A stretch of DNA of 64,000 nt from Klebsiella phage HMGUkp2, in sequence record PV683292.1; one strand, given 5' to 3'. Positions 61,180 to 64,000 of the stretch are shown piece after piece. The notes below the pieces were generated by a model. It did not search any database. It saw nothing but the letters and a program-made list of their open reading frames with translations, and was not told the DNA's origin. Within the stretch, counting starts at the first letter, position 1. Each line of letters starts with the position of its first letter. Both the position numbers and the translations under genes were made by a program.

Positions 61180-61513
61180 AGCTGATAAGGTCCAAAAGAA
61201 CTGGGCCTTGGTTATTGATGGTAACGCCCCTACTATAGAGCAATATAAACGTAACCCTGGCAAATATAATACAATCGAGCACGGTCTTTATCAGCTTGAG
61301 TTTGAACTAGACCCTAATGCTATTTGGAGCCGTGATGAAGGTATCCGTGTCAGGCTGGCGCCTGGTGTAGTTATTTCTGTTCTGATGAATACCAGATTCA
61401 CACTGGTATTAATTGCTAATGGAATTCTGCAGTATAATGGGTCTAAGTTCTCTATTACCGGACGGTTCGTTAAACAGGGCTCAGAAATTAATTTTAAACC
61501 TTGCGCAGAGTAA
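61164..61513 (+). CDS. hypothetical protein (116 aa), paralogue 2 of the tandem pair
   Basis: ..EADKVQKNW...HGLYQLE....ITGRFVKQGSEINFKP is homologous to the previous ORF. Confidence 0.35.
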
Positions 61514-61517
61514 AATA

Positions 61518-61724
61518 ATGAGCAATAAACTTAAAGTTAAAGATGTACCTAGTGCAATGGTACTTTTTATTTGTCGGCAGATGCATCAAGGGCCGATGAC
61601 TCCTCGCCAGCATAATAAAGGTGAGCGTTCTCTAGGGTTCACTAAAAAAGCAAAACAAATGATTAAGTTAGGATACAAGCCAAAATATCCTCGTTATGAA
61701 TCTTCTTATTCCTGGATGGACTAA
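61518..61724 (+). CDS. hypothetical basic protein (68 aa)
   Basis: ATG at 61518. The ORF track extension from 61413 overlaps the previous gene. Confidence 0.3.
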   Translation: MSNKLKVKDVPSAMVLFICRQMHQGPMTPRQHNKGERSLGFTKKAKQMIKLGYKPKYPRYESSYSWMD

Positions 61725-62272
61725 TGAAACAATACCAAGATCTAATTAAACACATTCTTACTGATGGTTATGACACTGATGACCGTACCGGAACTGGAAC
61801 ACGCGCCGTCTTCGGCACGAAGATTCGATTTGATTTAACACGTGGGTTCCCGGCAGTAACAAGTAAAAAACTGGCTTGGAAAGCTTGTATCTCTGAGCTG
61901 CTTTGGTTCTTGTCAGGCTCTACTAATGTTGATGATCTTCGTGAACGTACACACGGTTCTCGAGATGAAGGCAAAACTATTTGGGACGAGAACTATGAGA
62001 CCCAAGCCCGTCAACTAGGTTATATGGACGGTGCTTTAGGCCCTGTTTATGGCAAGCAATGGCGTGATTTTGGCGGTATTGATCAGTTAAAATTAATCAT
62101 TGATCGTATTAAGCAGATGCCTACTGACCGACGTCAGATTGTTTCTGCTTGGAACCCGGCAGAAATTGATAAGATGGCGCTTCCGCCATGCCACTGTTTT
62201 TATCAATTCAACGTTCGTAATGGGTACCTTGACCTACAATGGTATCAACGTTCTGTTGACGTGTTCTTAGGT
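61724..62272 (+). CDS. td: thymidylate synthase, exon 1 (183 codons)
   Basis: TS motifs (RTGTGT, LAWKACISELLWFLSG, PPCH..QF). Ends ...VDVFLG at the 5-prime splice site ttaggt|taatttaggcctg. Confidence 0.9.
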
Positions 62273-63288
62273 TAATTTAGGCCTGGGTATAAGGTGACTT
62301 ATACTTGTAATCTATCTAAACGGGGAACCTCTCTAGTAGACAATCCCGTGCTAAATTGTAGGACTACCCTTTAATAAATACCTCTGTAATTAAGAGGTGA
62401 TTATGAAAAGCGGAATTTATCAGATTAAAAACACTTTAAATGGTAAAGTGTATGTTGGAAGTGCTAAAGATTTTGAGAAAAGATGGAAGAGGCATTTTAA
62501 AGACCTTGAAAATGGTGTTCACTCTTCTATAAAATTTCAAAGATCTTTTAATAAACATGGTAATGTTTTTGAATGCTCTATACTGGAAGAAATTCCATAT
62601 GAGAAAGATTTGATTATTGAACGAGAAAATTTTTGGATTAACGAGCTAAATTCTAAAATTAATGGATATAATATTGCTGACGCATCTTTTGGTGATGTAC
62701 TTTCAAATCATCCATTAAAGAAAGAAATTGTTAAGAAACGAGCTGAAACGGTTAAAGCTAAGATGCTTAAGCTTGGTCCTGACGGTCGGAAAGCTCTTTA
62801 TGGTAAACATAGGAGCAAAAATGGACGATGGAATCCAGAAAACCATAAGTTTTGTAAATGCGGTGTTCGTATACTGATGTCAGCCAATACTTGTGGAAAG
62901 TGCCGAAAACGTTCAGGTGAAAATAATCCATTCTTTAATCATAAACATTCAGAAGAATTTAAAAAGGAACAATCCAAAAGAATGAAAGGAAAAAAGCCAG
63001 CTAACATCAAAAAGATTTCGTGTGATGGGATTATTTTTGAATGCGCGGCTGACGCAGCTAGACATTTTGAAATTTCAGCTGGATTGGTTACTTACCGTGT
63101 AAAATCTGATAAGTGGAACTGGTTTTACATAAATGCCTAACGACTATCCCTTTAGGGAGTAGGGTCAAGTGACTCGAAACGATAGACAACTTCGTTTTAA
63201 GAAGTTGGAGATATAGTCTGCTCTGCATGGCGACATGCAGCTGGATATAATTCCGGGATAAGATTAACGACCTTATCTGAACATAATG
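62273..63288 (+). mobile_element. group I intron in td (1016 nt), T4 td-intron type
   Basis: The intron 5-prime sequence aatttaggcctgggtataaggtgacttatacttgtaatctatctaaacggggaacc... and 3-prime ...gatataattccgggataagattaacgaccttatctgaacataatg| match the T4 td intron almost base-for-base. The length is identical at 1016 nt. Confidence 0.85.
62403..63140 (+). CDS. intron-encoded GIY-YIG homing endonuclease (I-TevI-type), 245 aa
   Basis: MKSGIYQIKNTLNGKVYVGSAKDFEKRWKRHFKDLE... is near-identical to I-TevI. It sits in the intron P6 loop. Confidence 0.9.
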   Translation: MKSGIYQIKNTLNGKVYVGSAKDFEKRWKRHFKDLENGVHSSIKFQRSFNKHGNVFECSILEEIPYEKDLIIERENFWINELNSKINGYNIADASFGDVLSNHPLKKEIVKKRAETVKAKMLKLGPDGRKALYGKHRSKNGRWNPENHKFCKCGVRILMSANTCGKCRKRSGENNPFFNHKHSEEFKKEQSKRMKGKKPANIKKISCDGIIFECAADAARHFEISAGLVTYRVKSDKWNWFYINA

Positions 63289-63600
63289 CTACCGTTTAAT
63301 ATTGCCTCGTACGCCGCTCTTGTGCATATTGTTGCTAAGATGTGTAATCTTATTCCTGGCGACCTCGTGTTCTCAGGCGGCAATACGCATATCTATATGA
63401 ACCATATGGAACAGTGCGAAGAAGTTCTGAGACGTGAACCTAAAGAACTTTGTAACTTAGAAATTACCTGGCCTAGTAATTTTGAAAACTGGCCAACAGA
63501 AACTCAATTAGATTGGGTCACCACATCTATGACTCATAAAGACTTCAAACTTCAAGGGTACAAAAGTCACCCAGCTATCACAGCTAAGATGGCGGTATGA
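63289..63600 (+). CDS. td: thymidylate synthase, exon 2 (103 codons)
   Basis: Joins as ...FLG|LPFNIASYAALVH... reconstituting the TS active-site region. Exon 1 plus exon 2 gives 286 aa, the same as T4 TS. Confidence 0.9.
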   Translation, partial: LPFNIASYAALVHIVAKMCNLIPGDLVFSGGNTHIYMNHMEQCEEVLRREPKELCNLEITWPSNFENWPTETQLDWVTTSMTHKDFKLQGYKSHPAITAKMAV

Positions 63601-63821
63601 TTAAACGAAAAGACACTAACACTGGTGATAAGCTTCAGCAGGTTAAAATAGAATTAGTTACCGATAACCACTGGGAGAAAATCCAAGCAGTGGTTTATCC
63701 TAACTACTGTAACAGAATTCGTCTTAAGATGAATACTCCTGGGCTTGGTTTTGAAATTGATAAAGACCATGCTCGTTCTTTAATCGAAGTTCTAGAAGCT
63801 GCATTAAGGGCCTGTGAATGA
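63597..63821 (+). CDS. hypothetical protein (74 aa)
   Basis: ATGA overlap with the td stop. Confidence 0.3.
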   Translation: MIKRKDTNTGDKLQQVKIELVTDNHWEKIQAVVYPNYCNRIRLKMNTPGLGFEIDKDHARSLIEVLEAALRACE

Positions 63822-64000
63822 ATATCCGATTTGTCCGTAATAGGCACCAATCTAAAACTATATTAGGAGAAATGTTTGATACGTCTCCTATTGAGCTACC
63901 TGAGATTAACGATACTGTGGTTTTTGATAAAACAGAGCAAAGAGTCCTGTCTATTACTAAATCATACGAATGGTCTATAGGTAAAAGTGAATTAATTTGC
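63818..64000 (+). CDS. hypothetical protein, 5-prime partial (runs off the window)
   Basis: ATGA overlap with the upstream gene. No stop codon before the window end. Confidence 0.25.
   Translation, partial: MNIRFVRNRHQSKTILGEMFDTSPIELPEINDTVVFDKTEQRVLSITKSYEWSIGKSELIC

Noticed and set aside
62397-62405. GTG at 62397 as the I-TevI start
   Set aside because: T4 I-TevI starts MKSGIYQ, and the ATG at 62403 is preceded by the SD gaggtga. The GTG extension adds MI and is unlikely.
63286-63600. ORF-track start of the td exon 2 ORF at ATG 63286
   Set aside because: That ATG is the last three nucleotides of the group I intron (...cataATG|ctaccg). The exon begins at 63289 after splicing, so this is not an independent gene.
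1-64000. CRISPR arrays, tRNA or rRNA genes, integrase or transposase
   Set aside because: No regularly spaced direct repeats or cloverleaf-like GC-rich 70-90 nt segments were noticed. The T4 tRNA cluster lies outside this synteny block. The only mobile elements seen are the homing-endonuclease genes and the td intron.
1-64000. Possibility that the window is phage T4 itself
   Set aside because: Gene order is T4, but proteins are only about 60-75% identical (gp43, gp44, RNase H and others). agt, bgt, imm, dam and dmd are absent. Genes 39 and 60 are fused. GC content is visibly higher. This is a distinct T4-like genus.

Overview
This window is a contiguous piece of a T4-like (Tevenvirinae) myovirus genome. 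Its gene order matches T4 from gene 47 counter-clockwise through the replication/recombination core, the rIIA/rIIB-ndd-52-motA-asiA block, the inverted long-tail-fibre/holin block and the rnh-32-frd-td block. Proteins are only about 60-75% identical to T4 (gp43 looks closer to the RB69 type) and GC content is higher than T4, so this is not T4 itself. All family assignments come from reading the translated ORFs against remembered T4 and other family sequences; no searches were run.

The genes I can identify, in window order:
- 47, 46, rpbA, 45, 44, 62, regA, 43
- an inserted cluster, then 42 (dCMP hydroxymethylase), an unknown 298-aa gene, uvsX, 40, 41, sp, 61, 56, soc
- a ModA/ModB-like ADP-ribosyltransferase, dda, dexA, a fused gene 39+60, rIIA, rIIB, ndd, 52, motA, asiA
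- on the minus strand: holin t, 38, 37, 36, 35, 34
- rnh, dsbA, 33, 59, 32, frd, and td split by a group I intron carrying an I-TevI-type GIY-YIG homing endonuclease gene

What is missing relative to T4: there is no alpha- or beta-glucosyltransferase, no imm, no dam and no dmd.

The main finding is the inserted cluster between genes 43 and 42, where T4 has imm. It comprises:
- a bifunctional sugar-1-phosphate nucleotidyltransferase / APH-fold anomeric sugar kinase
- a minimal HAD phosphatase
- a P-loop kinase of the thymidylate-kinase type
- a 386-aa protein resembling the U32 (RlhA/TrhP/UbiU) family, followed by gene 42
- a 298-aa unknown gene translationally coupled to gene 42, in the position where T4 has beta-gt

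My reading is that this is a phage-encoded NDP-sugar pathway feeding a non-glucose hypermodification of hydroxymethylcytosine.

Other notable observations:
- about 12 repeated early-promoter/stem-loop cassettes (PeSL-like), several with a conserved CCTACACCAAC leader
- a T4-identical td intron embedded in diverged exons
- gp37 with a C-terminal S74-type self-cleaving chaperone domain, plus a T2-type gp38 adhesin with an unfamiliar head domain lacking glycine-rich motifs
- a late-promoter-driven antisense membrane-protein gene convergent with gene 61
- several secreted or lipoproteins (spackle, a DUF1311 protein)
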